A stretch of 64,000 bases of DNA from an uncultured Acidobacteriota bacterium (GTDB lineage Bacteria; Acidobacteriota; Vicinamibacteria; Vicinamibacterales; CAVVIG01). The stretch spans positions 237,022 to 301,021 of the forward strand of contig CAVQZZ010000001.1 of assembly GCA_963718825.1 (NCBI GenBank). The letters are read 5' to 3'. The position numbers and the translations under genes are program-made. Positions 10,047-20,660 of the stretch are shown here, piece after piece (the stretch's first letter is position 1; every line of letters starts with the position of its first letter). Below the pieces are notes generated by a model. The model made no database searches, was not told where the DNA came from, and saw only the letters and a program-made list of their open reading frames with translations.

Positions 10047-12272
10047 TCACCGGACCGTGAGCACGAGCGCCATCGCAGCCCAGGCGGTGCCAGCCGCTGA
10101 GATCCACTGATCCCGACCGCCCGGAAAACCGCTGTCGAATTGAGGCTGGAGCGCGACGGTGCGCGCCTGGACCAGCCACGATCCGTCTTCGTGCTGCGTC
10201 TTGCGGAGAAAGGTGATGCCGCGCTGATACGCCGCATCGGCCACGGCGACGCCTCCGGCCATCTGCAAGGCGACCAGCGCCTGTCCTGTCGCGTAGGCGT
10301 CGCTATCGCGCGTGTTGATTTGCGCCCAGCCGCCATCCGGGCGCTGCGTGACGCGGAGCTCGCGTACCGCCTCTGCGACAGCCGCGCGCGGCGCGCCCGC
10401 CCATGAGAGGCCGAGCAGCCGGAAGGCGCGATCTTCGTTTGTCGCGACGTGCGCGGTCGCGAGCCACGCGGCGGCGGCGCGGACGCGGCCGTCGTACTCG
10501 GCGCGTTGCGCCTTGGGGCCATATCGCATGAGCGCCCGCAGCGACATCGCGGTGACTTCGATGTCGCTCGACTCGATCGGCGGCCGGTGGATTGTGACGC
10601 GCCAATGCCCGTCGGGCAGCTGCAGCATCCGGAGATAGCGAGCCCAGGCGTCGGTCGTTTCCGTCGCCGCGAAGCCATGCGCGTCGAGATCGACCAGGAG
10701 GTAACTGAGGGTATCCGGCCCGCCGGCGATCTCGAGCCCTTGCAGCGCGCGGTCGCGCCGTTCGTCGAGATACGAGACGACGGCGTTGAACTGATGCTCG
10801 GCGATCGCCGGATCGGCGGCGACATGGCGGGTGCGAGCCATTTCCACGAGCATTTGCGGAAGCACGTCGTGATGACACGAGATGCAGCCCGTGCTCTTCA
10901 CGAACTGCACGTCGCTCTTCTGCAGAAGGGCGATGCTTTGCTCGATTGCCGCCCGCACATCGCGCGGCGTACGAGAAGCAACGTCGGCTGAGGCCGGCCG
11001 CGGGCCACTCCCCGTCACGGCCGCGGCGTCACCGGCTGCGGTTGCGGAAACGCCGAGTGCAGCGATCATCGCGGGGTCGTTCCGCCGCTTCGCGAAATCG
11101 AGCGCCGTGTCTCCGAGGTCGGCCTTCGCCGCTTTGTCCGCGCCGCGTTCGACGAGGAGGCGCACTTTGTCGACCGCATCATGCTCTGACGCCGCCGCGA
11201 GCATCAACGGCGTCGCGCCACCGATGAGATCGTGGGCTTCGATGGGCGCGTGCTTCTCCAGGAGATGTTGAACGACGGCCGTGCTGCCGATGTTGGCCGC
11301 GGCATCGAGCGCAATCCCGAGGGCGACCGGCTCGGCTTCTTCTGCGATGACGTCGAGACAGATGGTGCAGCCGGCGGTACTGGCCGCGACCATCGCGCTC
11401 ACGCCGGCCTGCCGTGTGACCGGAGCTCCAGCGTCGATCAGCATCTGCACGAGCTCAACGTTGCCTGTGACGGCCGCAAGCGCAAGCGGCGAATCGCCGC
11501 CGTTGAAGTTCACGCTGGCGCCCGCATCGATCAACCGTTTGACGATGGCGGTCTGCCCGCTCATCGCCGCGACGTGCAGCGCCGTCCGTCCATCTTCCGA
11601 GCGGACGTTCACGTTCGCGTGTTTTGCGAGCAGCAGCTGCGTCTTGGCTGGATCGGTGGCGGCGAGGATGAGCGCGGTCAACCCGGCATCGCTTCGCGCA
11701 TTTGGGTCGGCGCCCTGCTCGAGGAGCGCTGCGAGGTCGCTGGATGTGCCGTACAACGCCGCAAACATCAGCGGCGTGCGTCCGCCATCGCCGGCGAGGT
11801 TGACGATCGCGCGGTCGGCCACGCCGCGCGCGATCGATCCGCGATCGCCGCTGCGAAACGCTTCGCCGAGTTGTGTGACGCGCGCGTCGATCGCGCGCGC
11901 CGCCTTCGGCGTTTCGGGCCAGCTAACGCCTTGGTCAATCCATCGTTTGATGACGTCGATCTGCTCCGGCATCAACGCGCCGGTCGGCGGCATCTGCGGA
12001 CCGTACTCGCTGCCGCTGATGCGCCAGACCAGCCGGCTGCGCGCGCTGTTGCCCGCGACGATCACGACGCCGTCGAGGCTGCCGACCATCGCGTGGCGGC
12101 GCTCATCGAGCCGCAGGCCGGCCTGCGGCTGCGTGCCCGCATGGCAGCCCAGACACTTCTCGCGAAGAATCGGCTTCACATCCCGGTCGTAATCGACCGA
12201 CGGGGTTTGGGCTGACGCGAGCGCGGGGCAGAGCAGGACCGCGATGACAAAACCATGAACAGCTGGACGCAT
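10047..12272 (-). CDS. Secreted fusion: Planctomycete-type cytochrome c + ankyrin repeats + prenyltransferase/squalene-cyclase-repeat domain
   Basis: Signal peptide; VDYDRDVKPILREKCLGCH...GLRLD...QMPP...WIDQG; ankyrins (GRTPLMFAA, GRTALHVAA, GATPLMLAA); second CxxCH (CISCHH); QW-like repeats QLPDGHW, QRPDGGW, QHEDGSW. Confidence 0.85.
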   Translation of the reverse strand: MRPAVHGFVIAVLLCPALASAQTPSVDYDRDVKPILREKCLGCHAGTQPQAGLRLDERRHAMVGSLDGVVIVAGNSARSRLVWRISGSEYGPQMPPTGALMPEQIDVIKRWIDQGVSWPETPKAARAIDARVTQLGEAFRSGDRGSIARGVADRAIVNLAGDGGRTPLMFAALYGTSSDLAALLEQGADPNARSDAGLTALILAATDPAKTQLLLAKHANVNVRSEDGRTALHVAAMSGQTAIVKRLIDAGASVNFNGGDSPLALAAVTGNVELVQMLIDAGAPVTRQAGVSAMVAASTAGCTICLDVIAEEAEPVALGIALDAAANIGSTAVVQHLLEKHAPIEAHDLIGGATPLMLAAASEHDAVDKVRLLVERGADKAAKADLGDTALDFAKRRNDPAMIAALGVSATAAGDAAAVTGSGPRPASADVASRTPRDVRAAIEQSIALLQKSDVQFVKSTGCISCHHDVLPQMLVEMARTRHVAADPAIAEHQFNAVVSYLDERRDRALQGLEIAGGPDTLSYLLVDLDAHGFAATETTDAWARYLRMLQLPDGHWRVTIHRPPIESSDIEVTAMSLRALMRYGPKAQRAEYDGRVRAAAAWLATAHVATNEDRAFRLLGLSWAGAPRAAVAEAVRELRVTQRPDGGWAQINTRDSDAYATGQALVALQMAGGVAVADAAYQRGITFLRKTQHEDGSWLVQARTVALQPQFDSGFPGGRDQWISAAGTAWAAMALVLTVR

Positions 12273-12279
12273 GGCCGAG

Positions 12280-12301
12280 ATTCTAACCGGCGTGATAGCA
12301 T
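12280..12301. promoter_or_regulatory. Back-to-back -10 elements of two probably leaderless divergent genes
   Basis: Minus-strand TAGAAT (12285-12280) is 7 nt before ATG 12272. Plus-strand TGaTAGCAT (12293-12301) is 7 nt before ATG 12309. Neither gene has an SD. Confidence 0.6.
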
Positions 12302-12308
12302 CGCGAAA

Positions 12309-14730
12309 ATGAATTCACGCAGGTTTCTTCCTGCGCTGCTGCTGCTTTTCGTGGGCAGCGGCTGCGCCGCGCTGATTTACGAAATCGTCTGGTTTCAGCT
12401 GCTGGAGCTCGTGATCGGTTCGTCGACCATTTCACTCGGCGTGCTGCTCGGAACGTTTATGGGCGGCATGTGCCTCGGCAGCCTGCTGTTCCCGCGTATC
12501 GTGCCGGCCAAGGAACACCCGCTTCGGGTCTACGCGTTCCTCGAACTGGGCATTGCGCTCGTCGGCCTGCTCGTGTTGTTCGCGATGCCGCTCGTGGGCG
12601 CGGTGTACACCGCGTGGGCCGGTTCGGGGACGGCAGGAATTCTCATCCGCGGCCTGTTCGCCGGCATCTGCCTGATTCCGCCGACGCTGATGATGGGCGC
12701 CACGCTGCCGGCGATCTCCCGGTTTGTCGAGACCGACACCGAGGGTGTGTCCTGGCTCGGCTTTTTCTACGGCGGCAACATCGCCGGCGCCGTTGTCGGC
12801 AGCCTTCTCGCGGGCTTCTATCTCCTGCGCGTTCACGACGTGTCGATCGCCACATTTGCCGCCGTCGGCATCAACGTGGTCGTGGCGGCGCTCGGTCTCG
12901 TGATCGCAAAGGCGTCGCCTTACAACGCGCCCGCCGCATCGGGGCGCATCGCTGTGCCGGCGCTTCCCGGTGCGTGGACCGTCTACGTCACGATCGCGCT
13001 GTCGGGTATGACCGCGCTCGCCGCCGAAGTCGTGTGGACGCGGATATTGTCGCTGCTCTTCGGTGCGACGGTTTACACGTTCTCGCTGATTCTCGCGGTG
13101 ATTCTCGTCGGCCTCGGCATCGGCAGCAGCCTTGGGTCCGCGATGTCCAGAGGGATGGAGCGCCCGCGCGTCGCGCTCGGCTGGTGCCAGCTTCTCCTGT
13201 GCGCCGCAATCGCATGGACCGCGTACATGCTCACGCAGTCGCTGCCGTACTGGCCGATCAACCCGTCCATATCGAGCGATCCGTGGTACACGCTGCAGCT
13301 CGATCTCGTGCGGTGTGTATGGGCGGTGCTGCCCGCGCCGATTCTCTGGGGTGCGAGCTTTCCGCTCGCGCTCGCATCCGTGTCGGCACGCGGCCAGGAT
13401 CCGGCGCGGCTGGTCGGCGGAGTGTATGCGGCGAATACCGTCGGCGCGATCATCGGCGCGCTCGGCGCCAGCCTTGTCCTCGTCGCCTGGATCGGCAGCC
13501 AGCACGCGCAGCAGGTCCTCATCCTGGTCTCGGCGCTCTCCGGCCTCCTGATGCTTGGGTGGGGCGTGCCGGAAACCGAAGGCCGCAGCGCAGCGAAGAT
13601 CGCCAGCACGGTCCTCCTGGCCGCGGCTGCTGTCGTGGCCGGCCTGCTTGCGCGCGGCATCCAGCCGATTCCAGGCATGCTCGTCGCCTACGGCCGTTAT
13701 ATGGCGACGCGGCTGGGACAGGCCGACATCATCTACATGGGCGAGGGGCTCACGGCATCGGTCGCAGTGTCGCGTCTTTCGAACGGCGTGCTCAATTACC
13801 ACAACGCGGGAAAAGTCCAGGCGTCGAGCGAGCCGCAGGATATGCGCCTGCAGCGAATGCTCGGTCACTTGACGACGCTCGTGCCGCCGCATGTGAAGTC
13901 GGTCGTGGTGATTGGTTGTGGCGCAGGAGTGACGGCCGGCGCCGTCTCCATCGATCCCGGTCTGACCTCCGAAACGATCGCCGAAATCGAGCCGCTCGTC
14001 CCTCGCGTCGTCTCCACCTATTTCGCCGCGCACAACTTCGACGTGGTGCGGAATCCGAAGGTGCACGTCAACATCGACGATGCGCGGCATTTCATTTTGA
14101 CGTCGCGGCAGAAGTTCGACGCGGTGACCTCCGATCCGCTCGATCCCTGGGTCAAGGGGGCCGCGATGCTCTACACGCGAGGAGTTCTTCGACGCGGTGA
14201 AGGAGCACCTGAATCCGGGCGGGGTGGTGACTTTGTTCGTGCAGCTCTACGAGAGCAACACCGAAGCGGTGAAGAGCGAGATCGCGACGTTCTTCAAGTC
14301 GTTCCCGAACGGCATCATCTTCGGAAACACGAGCAACGGGCAGGGCTACGATTTGGTGCTCTTCGGCCAGGTCGAGCCGACGCGGATTGACGTCCAGGCG
14401 ATCGAAGCGAAGTTGCGGCGTCCGGAATATGCCCCCGTGGCACAGTCGCTCCGGGAAATCGGGTTCGACTCGGCGTTCGACCTGTTTGCCACGTATGCAG
14501 GCCAGGCGTCGGACCTCGAACCGTGGCTGCGCGATGCCCAGATCAACCACGATCGGAATCTGCGCCTGCAGTACCTCGCCGGCCTGGGGCTGAATCTCTA
14601 CGACGCCGCGCCGATCTATTCCGACATGCTGCAGTACCGGCGTTTTCCGGAGAAGCTCTTCATCGCGCCGGATGCGGTGAAGCAGCAGCTTCGAGACGCG
14701 ATCGACCGCGCTCCGGGGCGGATGCCGTGA
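12309..14730 (+). CDS. Fused multi-TM membrane domain / spermidine synthase-like SAM-binding protein (+1 frameshift near 14180)
   Basis: SGCAALIYEIVW...LGTFMGGMCLGS, about 13 TM helices, VIGCGAGVTAG, AEIEP, DDARHF, DAVTSDP; continues EFFDAVKEHLNPGGVV. Confidence 0.88.
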
Positions 14731-15710
14731 TGGAGCGATCGATCGACGCGTTCCCGATCCTTGGTCTCCATCATGTGACGGCGACCGTCGACGAAGCGCA
14801 ACCGGACCTCGATTTCTGTATCGGCACGCTCGGTCTCCGGTTGGTGAAGAAGACGGTCAACTTCGACAATCACCACGTCTACCATTTCTACTACGGCGAC
14901 GAGCGCGGCACGCCGGGCACTCTCTGGACGACGTTTCCTTATTACGGGAAAGGTGTACGCGTCGGGGTAAAGGGCGCAGGGCAGGTCACTGCGACTTCGT
15001 TGTCGGTCCCCGCCGGCTCGCTGGACTTCTGGGAACAGCGACTGCGCGCACGGGGTGTTGCGGCGTCTCGCGTGCACCGGTTCGACGATGAGGCGATTGC
15101 CTGCTCCGATTCGTCAGGCCTCAATTTCGAGCTCGTGTCGGCGCGAAGCGACTCGCGCTCCGCATGGGTCCACTCGGGTATTGGCGTTGACGCGGCGATT
15201 CGTGGCCTGCACAGCGTCACCATCACGGTGCGGGACACCGAGCCGACGGTCGCGTTGATGCACGATCTACTCGGCTTCGAGATCACGGCCGCCGACGCGG
15301 ATCGCACACGCGTCGCCGTGAACGGCAACGCGCCGGGCAAATGGATTGATATCGTCCGCGCGCCGGATGCCGACGCCGCCGTCAACGGGATTGGCACCGT
15401 TCATCACGTCGCGATGGCGATCGAGCGCGCCGACGACCAGGTCCGGCTGCGAGAGGAACTGCTCGAGCGTGGACTGAAGGTGACTGAAGTGCGCGACCGC
15501 TGCTACTTTCAGTCCATCTACTTCCGCGAACCTGGCGGCGTGCTGTTCGAAGTGGCGACGACGGCTCCGGGGTTCACGGCCGACGAAGACCTCGCGTCGC
15601 TGGGCCTCGGGCTGAAGCTGCCGCCGTGGGAAGAAGAGCACCGGACCGACATCGAGGAACACCTCACGCCGGTTCGCATCCCCGCCGCTGCGTCATTGAC
15701 GTCCCACTGA
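14730..15710 (+). CDS. Ring-cleaving dioxygenase / glyoxalase (MhqA/MhqO-like VOC)
   Basis: GLHHVTA, LGLRLVKKTVNFD, YHFYYGD, GTVHHVA, DRCYFQSIYFREPGGVLFEVAT; TGATG overlap with the upstream gene. Confidence 0.92.
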   Translation: MERSIDAFPILGLHHVTATVDEAQPDLDFCIGTLGLRLVKKTVNFDNHHVYHFYYGDERGTPGTLWTTFPYYGKGVRVGVKGAGQVTATSLSVPAGSLDFWEQRLRARGVAASRVHRFDDEAIACSDSSGLNFELVSARSDSRSAWVHSGIGVDAAIRGLHSVTITVRDTEPTVALMHDLLGFEITAADADRTRVAVNGNAPGKWIDIVRAPDADAAVNGIGTVHHVAMAIERADDQVRLREELLERGLKVTEVRDRCYFQSIYFREPGGVLFEVATTAPGFTADEDLASLGLGLKLPPWEEEHRTDIEEHLTPVRIPAAASLTSH

Positions 15711-16460
15711 CGCCGTCAGATCCCGGCAGAACGGACCGGGGCACACCGGGTAGGCCATTCCACCGTTATCCGCGCAGGCGTCCGCCTGAGTTTGCGCCCA
15801 GCTCCACGTACCGTCTTTGCACCGCGCTGTCGCTGTTGAACCGCTCGCGCTCGTTGGCGGCACGGGCGCGAGCCACCCGTCGGATTCCATATTTCCTGTA
15901 ATCGACACGCCTGCGCGATACGGATCGAATCCGTCCAAGGTGGTGACGACCGACACGGTTCCCGCTGACACTCCCGTGAGCTGGTAGAAGCCGCTCGCGT
16001 CGCTCGTCGCTGTACGCCCCGCATCCGGACCCGTGATGATGCTGACCTGCGCGCCCCCGAGGGTGCGCTGATTTGGCGCTACTTCGCGCACGATGCCGGA
16101 GAGCGTGAAAGCGCCGTGCGTCGGCGCAGTCAACAGCAGTTGCAAGGACCCGGCGACTCCGAGGTACGTGGCGCGGAATTCCACTTGTCCGGTCGCGATC
16201 ACGGTGACCATCCCCGTCGCGGAAATCATGGCGACCGAACGGTTCGACGTTTCCCACTGCGCGCTCGTCGTCACGTCACGCGTCGCGCCGTCGGAGAGAC
16301 GCGCCGTCGCGGTCAGTTGAAACGTGCTCGTCGCGGCCGGAGAACCGCTGACAATCAACGCCGCCGGCGTTCCATTAGGCGAAGGCGAGGTCGCGCTGCT
16401 GCCGCATCCGATTGCGCATGCGAGCGAAAAAGCGGCGATCGCGGTCGTGAAGCTCCTCAT
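15693..16460 (-). CDS. Lipoprotein with Ig-like domain, carboxypeptidase-regulatory-like domain and Cys-rich DUF3761-like tail
   Basis: Lipobox AIGC; DVTTSAQWETSNRSVAMISATG (Big_2-like); LSGIVRE...ATSDASGFYQL; ATARCKDGTWS...C..NGG...VCPGPFC. Confidence 0.75.
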   Translation of the reverse strand: MRSFTTAIAAFSLACAIGCGSSATSPSPNGTPAALIVSGSPAATSTFQLTATARLSDGATRDVTTSAQWETSNRSVAMISATGMVTVIATGQVEFRATYLGVAGSLQLLLTAPTHGAFTLSGIVREVAPNQRTLGGAQVSIITGPDAGRTATSDASGFYQLTGVSAGTVSVVTTLDGFDPYRAGVSITGNMESDGWLAPVPPTSASGSTATARCKDGTWSWAQTQADACADNGGMAYPVCPGPFCRDLTASVGRQ

Positions 16461-16564
16461 CCACCCTCCGCCCTGTTGAGCAGCAAAGAAGTGGCCAAAT
16501 GCACGAGGTCAAAACGGAACACAACGGTTGAGCTGGGGTCCGGACCTCAGGATAGACTTCAGCC

Positions 16565-17884
16565 ATGCGGGTAGATGAGGCGCGTCGACCTGACGTCTTG
16601 TTGATGATCTGCAGTGCGCTGATGCTCGGTCTCGCGGCCGCGCCGCTGCAGCCGACGGAACGCGAGATCGTTCGAAACGTCGACTCGCAGAACACCGCGG
16701 CGGTTGCGCTGCTCGAACGTGTTGTGAACATCAACAGCGGCACACAAAATTTCGCCGGCGTTCGAGAGGTCGGCAAGATCTTCCGCGCCGAACTCGACGC
16801 GCTCGGCTTCACGACGCAGTGGATCGACGGTACGCCGTGGCATCGCGCCGGGCACCTCGTTGCGACACATCCAGGCAGCGGCGCGAAGGTGCTGCTCATC
16901 GGCCATCTCGATACGGTGTTCGAGAAAGACAGTCCCTTTCAGAAATTCCAGCGCGTGGACGCGAGGACGGCCAAAGGGCCGGGCATCATCGACATGAAAG
17001 GCGGCGACGTCATCATCGTGTTCGCGTTGAAAGCGCTCGAGGCGGCCGGCGCCTTGAAAGCCATGGACGTCACCGTCGTCATGACCGGCGACGAAGAAGA
17101 TCCTGGCGAGCTGCAAAGCCGCGCGAGGGCGCCGCTCATCGCGGCGGCCAAGGGACGCGACATCGCGATCGGATTCGAGGATGGTCCAGGCGATCCGGCG
17201 TACGCCGTTACCGCACGGCGCGGCACCGCCGGGTGGGAACTGCGCGTGAAAGGCACGCCTGCGCATTCCTCGCAAATCTTCAGACCGGATATCGGCCCCG
17301 GAGCGATTTACGAGGCGGCGCGGATCCTCAACGGGTTCCGCGAAAAACTGTCCGCCGAGGCACATCTGACTTTCAACCCTGGCATGATTGTCGGCGGCAC
17401 CTCGGCAACCTTCGATGCGCCACAGGCGCGCGGGTCGGCCTTCGGAAAGACCAACGTTGTCGCGGAGCAGACGATCGTGAGCGGCGATTTGCGCACGTTG
17501 TCGAAGGCACAACTCGATCACGCGAAGAAGAGCATGCAGGACATCGTCGCGGCAGGGCTGCCGCACACGCAGGCGACGATCACGTTCGACGAGGGCTACC
17601 CGGCGCTTGCGCCGACCGAGGGAAACGCCAAGCTGCTGGCTGTATACGATCGCGCGAGCCAGGATCTCGGATTCGGTCCGGTGCGAGCCGTCAGTCCCGA
17701 CAAGGCCGGCGCCGCCGATGTCTCGTTCGTCGCGGGCGACATCAAAATGATCATCGATGGGGTCGGGCTGATGGGCCACGACGATCACACGGCGGGCGAG
17801 ACCGCCGATCTCTCGACGCTGCCGTCGCAGACCAAGCGCGCGGCGCTCACGCTCTTACGGCTATCGAGCGGGCTGCCGCGCTGA
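16565..17884 (+). CDS. M20 family metallopeptidase (carboxypeptidase G2-like), secreted
   Basis: LIGHLDTVF, GPGIIDMKGG, GDEE, FED, AHSS, DGVG...HT. TAGACT 6 nt upstream of the ATG supports this start. Confidence 0.92.
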   Translation: MRVDEARRPDVLLMICSALMLGLAAAPLQPTEREIVRNVDSQNTAAVALLERVVNINSGTQNFAGVREVGKIFRAELDALGFTTQWIDGTPWHRAGHLVATHPGSGAKVLLIGHLDTVFEKDSPFQKFQRVDARTAKGPGIIDMKGGDVIIVFALKALEAAGALKAMDVTVVMTGDEEDPGELQSRARAPLIAAAKGRDIAIGFEDGPGDPAYAVTARRGTAGWELRVKGTPAHSSQIFRPDIGPGAIYEAARILNGFREKLSAEAHLTFNPGMIVGGTSATFDAPQARGSAFGKTNVVAEQTIVSGDLRTLSKAQLDHAKKSMQDIVAAGLPHTQATITFDEGYPALAPTEGNAKLLAVYDRASQDLGFGPVRAVSPDKAGAADVSFVAGDIKMIIDGVGLMGHDDHTAGETADLSTLPSQTKRAALTLLRLSSGLPR

Positions 17885-17899
17885 CTGGAGCTGATACCA

Positions 17900-18697
17900 A
17901 TGGAACCGCGAACGATCGTTATTACGGGCGCCAGCAGCGGAATCGGCGCGGCGCTCTCGCTCAACCTCGGTGCGCTCGGCCACCGCCTGATCATCTCCGC
18001 AAGGCGGCGGGACGAACTGGAGACACTGGCACGCCGCGCCGGGCCGTCCGTGATGCCCATCGTGGCTGACGTGACCCGCCGCGGCGACGTCGAACGCTTG
18101 AAGGATCAGGCCATCGCGACATTCGGCCGTGTCGATGTGTGGGTCAACAATGCGGGCCGCGGCATCACGCGTCAGGCGCTCGACCTCACCGACACCGAGT
18201 TCGACGACATGATGGCCGTGAACGTGAAGTCTGCGCTCTACGGAATGCAGGTGATCGCCCCGCATTTCCTCGAGCGGGGAATGGGACACATCGTCAACGT
18301 GTCGTCGTTCCTCAGCCGTGTTCCGATCGCGACCTATCGCTCCGCTTACAACGCGGCGAAGGCGGCCCTGAATGCGCTCACCGCGAACGTGCGGATGGAT
18401 CTCGCCGCGAAGAACAAGAACATCCACGTCACGCTCGTGATGCCGGGCCTCGTTTCAACCGAGTTCGCGAAAAACGCGCTTGGCGGCGTGCCGGCAGCGC
18501 GAACCGGTGCGGTCCCGCCCGCGCAGACGGCGGAGGAGGTCGCAGCCGTCATCGCAGGCGTGATCAGAAATCCGGTCGCCGAGGTGTACACGAACCCGCA
18601 GCAGGCCGGCATCGCCGAGCGTTATTTTGCGGACGTTGCCGCGTTCGAACGGGACGTGAGCAGTCGTCAGTCGCCGGTCGTCAGCCCTCAGTCGTAA
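17900..18697 (+). CDS. Short-chain dehydrogenase/reductase
   Basis: TGASSGIG, NNAG, NVSS, YNAAK. Confidence 0.93.
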   Translation: MEPRTIVITGASSGIGAALSLNLGALGHRLIISARRRDELETLARRAGPSVMPIVADVTRRGDVERLKDQAIATFGRVDVWVNNAGRGITRQALDLTDTEFDDMMAVNVKSALYGMQVIAPHFLERGMGHIVNVSSFLSRVPIATYRSAYNAAKAALNALTANVRMDLAAKNKNIHVTLVMPGLVSTEFAKNALGGVPAARTGAVPPAQTAEEVAAVIAGVIRNPVAEVYTNPQQAGIAERYFADVAAFERDVSSRQSPVVSPQS

Positions 18698-18710
18698 GTC
18701 GTCAGTCTCC
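18662..18710. repeat. Heptamer array AGTCGTC-type x7 spanning the SDR stop codon
   Basis: AGTCGTC AGTCGCC GGTCGTC AGCCCTC AGTCGTA AGTCGTC AGTCTCC. Confidence 0.85.
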
Positions 18711-18740
18711 GCGCCGCGTTATTTGAGATAATCCCCGGCC

Positions 18741-20548
18741 ATGAGCGATCCACAGCCTCTCGCGACGACACGACGGCGGTTCATGGGTTACTTCGGCGGC
18801 GTCGGCCTCTCGTCGACGCTCTTGCCTGGAGTGCTCTGGGCAAAGATGCAGGAGCAGCAGGTCGACCGCATCACGGCGGCGATGCTGAAGGACGCGCTCG
18901 CCGTGGCGGGTCTCGAGTTCAGCGACGAGGAGCTCCAGCAGTTGCTCAATGGCGTCAATCAGAACCTGACGCGCTATGCCGACCTCCGCGCGATTCACAT
19001 CGATCCGAACGTCGCGCCGCCGCTGTATTACAGCCCGCTCGTGCCCGGCACAAAACTCGATCGGATGGACCGACCGTTTCGCCCGAGCGCGCCGCCGGCT
19101 CTCCATCGTCCCGCGAACCTCGAAGACGTCGCGTTCTGGCCGCTCGCCCATCTCGCGCAGCTGCTGAAGACGCGGCAGGTCAGCTCCGTCGAGCTGACGC
19201 GCATGTACCTCGACCGGCTGAATCGATATCAACCCGACCCTCAACTTCGTCGTCACCATGACCGACGAACTCGCGATGCAGCAGGCGCAGCAGGCCGATC
19301 GCGAGATTGCGGCCGGCAAGTACCGCGGGCCCGCTGCACGGTATGCCGTGGGGCTGCAAAGACATCATCGCGGTGCCCGGGTATCCGACGCAGTGGGGTT
19401 CCGGCGCGTTCAGAGGGCAGACGTTCGATGTCGAGGCCACCGTGCCGCAGCTGCTGCGCGAGGCTGGCGCCGTGCTCGTCGCGAAGCTTACGAGCGGCGA
19501 GCTCGCGTCGGGCGATCAGTGGTTCGGTGGACGCACGAATAGCCCGTGGGATCCGAAGGAAGGATCGAGCGGATCGTCTGCCGGTCCCGCGAGCGCGACC
19601 GCCGCCGGGTGCGTGGCGTTCGGCATCGGCACCGAGACGAGCGGATCGATTCTCAGCCCATCGACCATTTGCGGCGTGACCGGTTTGCGGCCGACGTTCG
19701 GCCGCGTCAGCCGCTACGGCGCGATGACGCTGTCGTGGACGCAGGATCGCCTCGGGCCGCTGTGCCGCACGGTCGAGGACTGCGCGATCGTGTTCCACGC
19801 GATCGCCAAAGCCGACGAGCAGGATCGCAGCGTGATCGATCTGCCGTTCAACTGGGACGCCGCGCTCGATATTCGGAAGCTGCGCGTCGGCTATCTCGCG
19901 TCTGCGTTCGAGGACGCCGGCCGGAACAGCGTGTTGAAAGAGAACGACCACCAGGTGCTGAACACGATGAAGTCTCTTGGCGTGGAGCTCGAGCCGTTCG
20001 AACTGCCGACGATGCCGCTCGGTGTGACAGACGGTATCCTCGGCGCCGAGTCGGGCGCATCGTTCGACGAGTTCCTGCGAAGCGGCCGCGACAAGGAGCT
20101 GACGAACAAAGCCCGCGCGAACGGGTTCCGTTCGAGCCGCCTCGTGCCGGCGGTCGAGTACCTGCAGGCACAGCGCATCCGCGCCATGATCATGCAGCAG
20201 TTCGCCGCCGCCGTATCGAAGTTCGATGTGTACATCGCGCCGTATCTCGACATGCGAGCAGCCGCCGCGGCGGCCGGTCGCGGCGACGCGCCCGAGGGCG
20301 GCCGGGGCGGCGGACGTGGACGCGGCAACGGCGCGCCGCCGCCGCCGAACGCCATCCGCGATCATTTTCAGGTGGCGAATCTCTGCGGATATCCGGCTGT
20401 CAGCGTCCCGAATGGCTTCACCGCGGATGGCAAGCCGACGAGCGTGACCTTCATGGGCAGGCTGTACAACGAAGCCGAAGTGCTCGCGGTGGCGCGCGCG
20501 TACCAGGAGCGCGCCGGTTGGCACCTGAAGCATCCGGTGCTGACGTGA
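18741..20548 (+). CDS. Amidase signature family protein with Tat signal (+1 frameshifts near 19230 and 19330)
   Basis: TRRRFM Tat motif; GPLHGMPWGCKD (Lys), GSSGSSAG, GTETSGSILSPS (Ser-cisSer-Lys triad region). Confidence 0.9.
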
Positions 20549-20566
20549 AATCGTCGCTGTACGGTT

Positions 20567-20648
20567 CATCACGAAGGCACGAAGACCCACGAAGATCGCG
20601 AAGAAACGGCGACACACAGTAAGTCGTGCCTTTCGTGTCTTCGTGATG
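20567..20648. repeat. Inverted array of CACGAAG-core units with about 9-bp period
   Basis: CACGAAGG CACGAAGACC CACGAAGAT CGCGAAG ... GTCGTG TTTCGTG CTTCGTG; the outer CATCACGAAG and CTTCGTGATG are perfectly complementary. Confidence 0.75.
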
Positions 20649-20660
20649 CTCGTCACGCCA

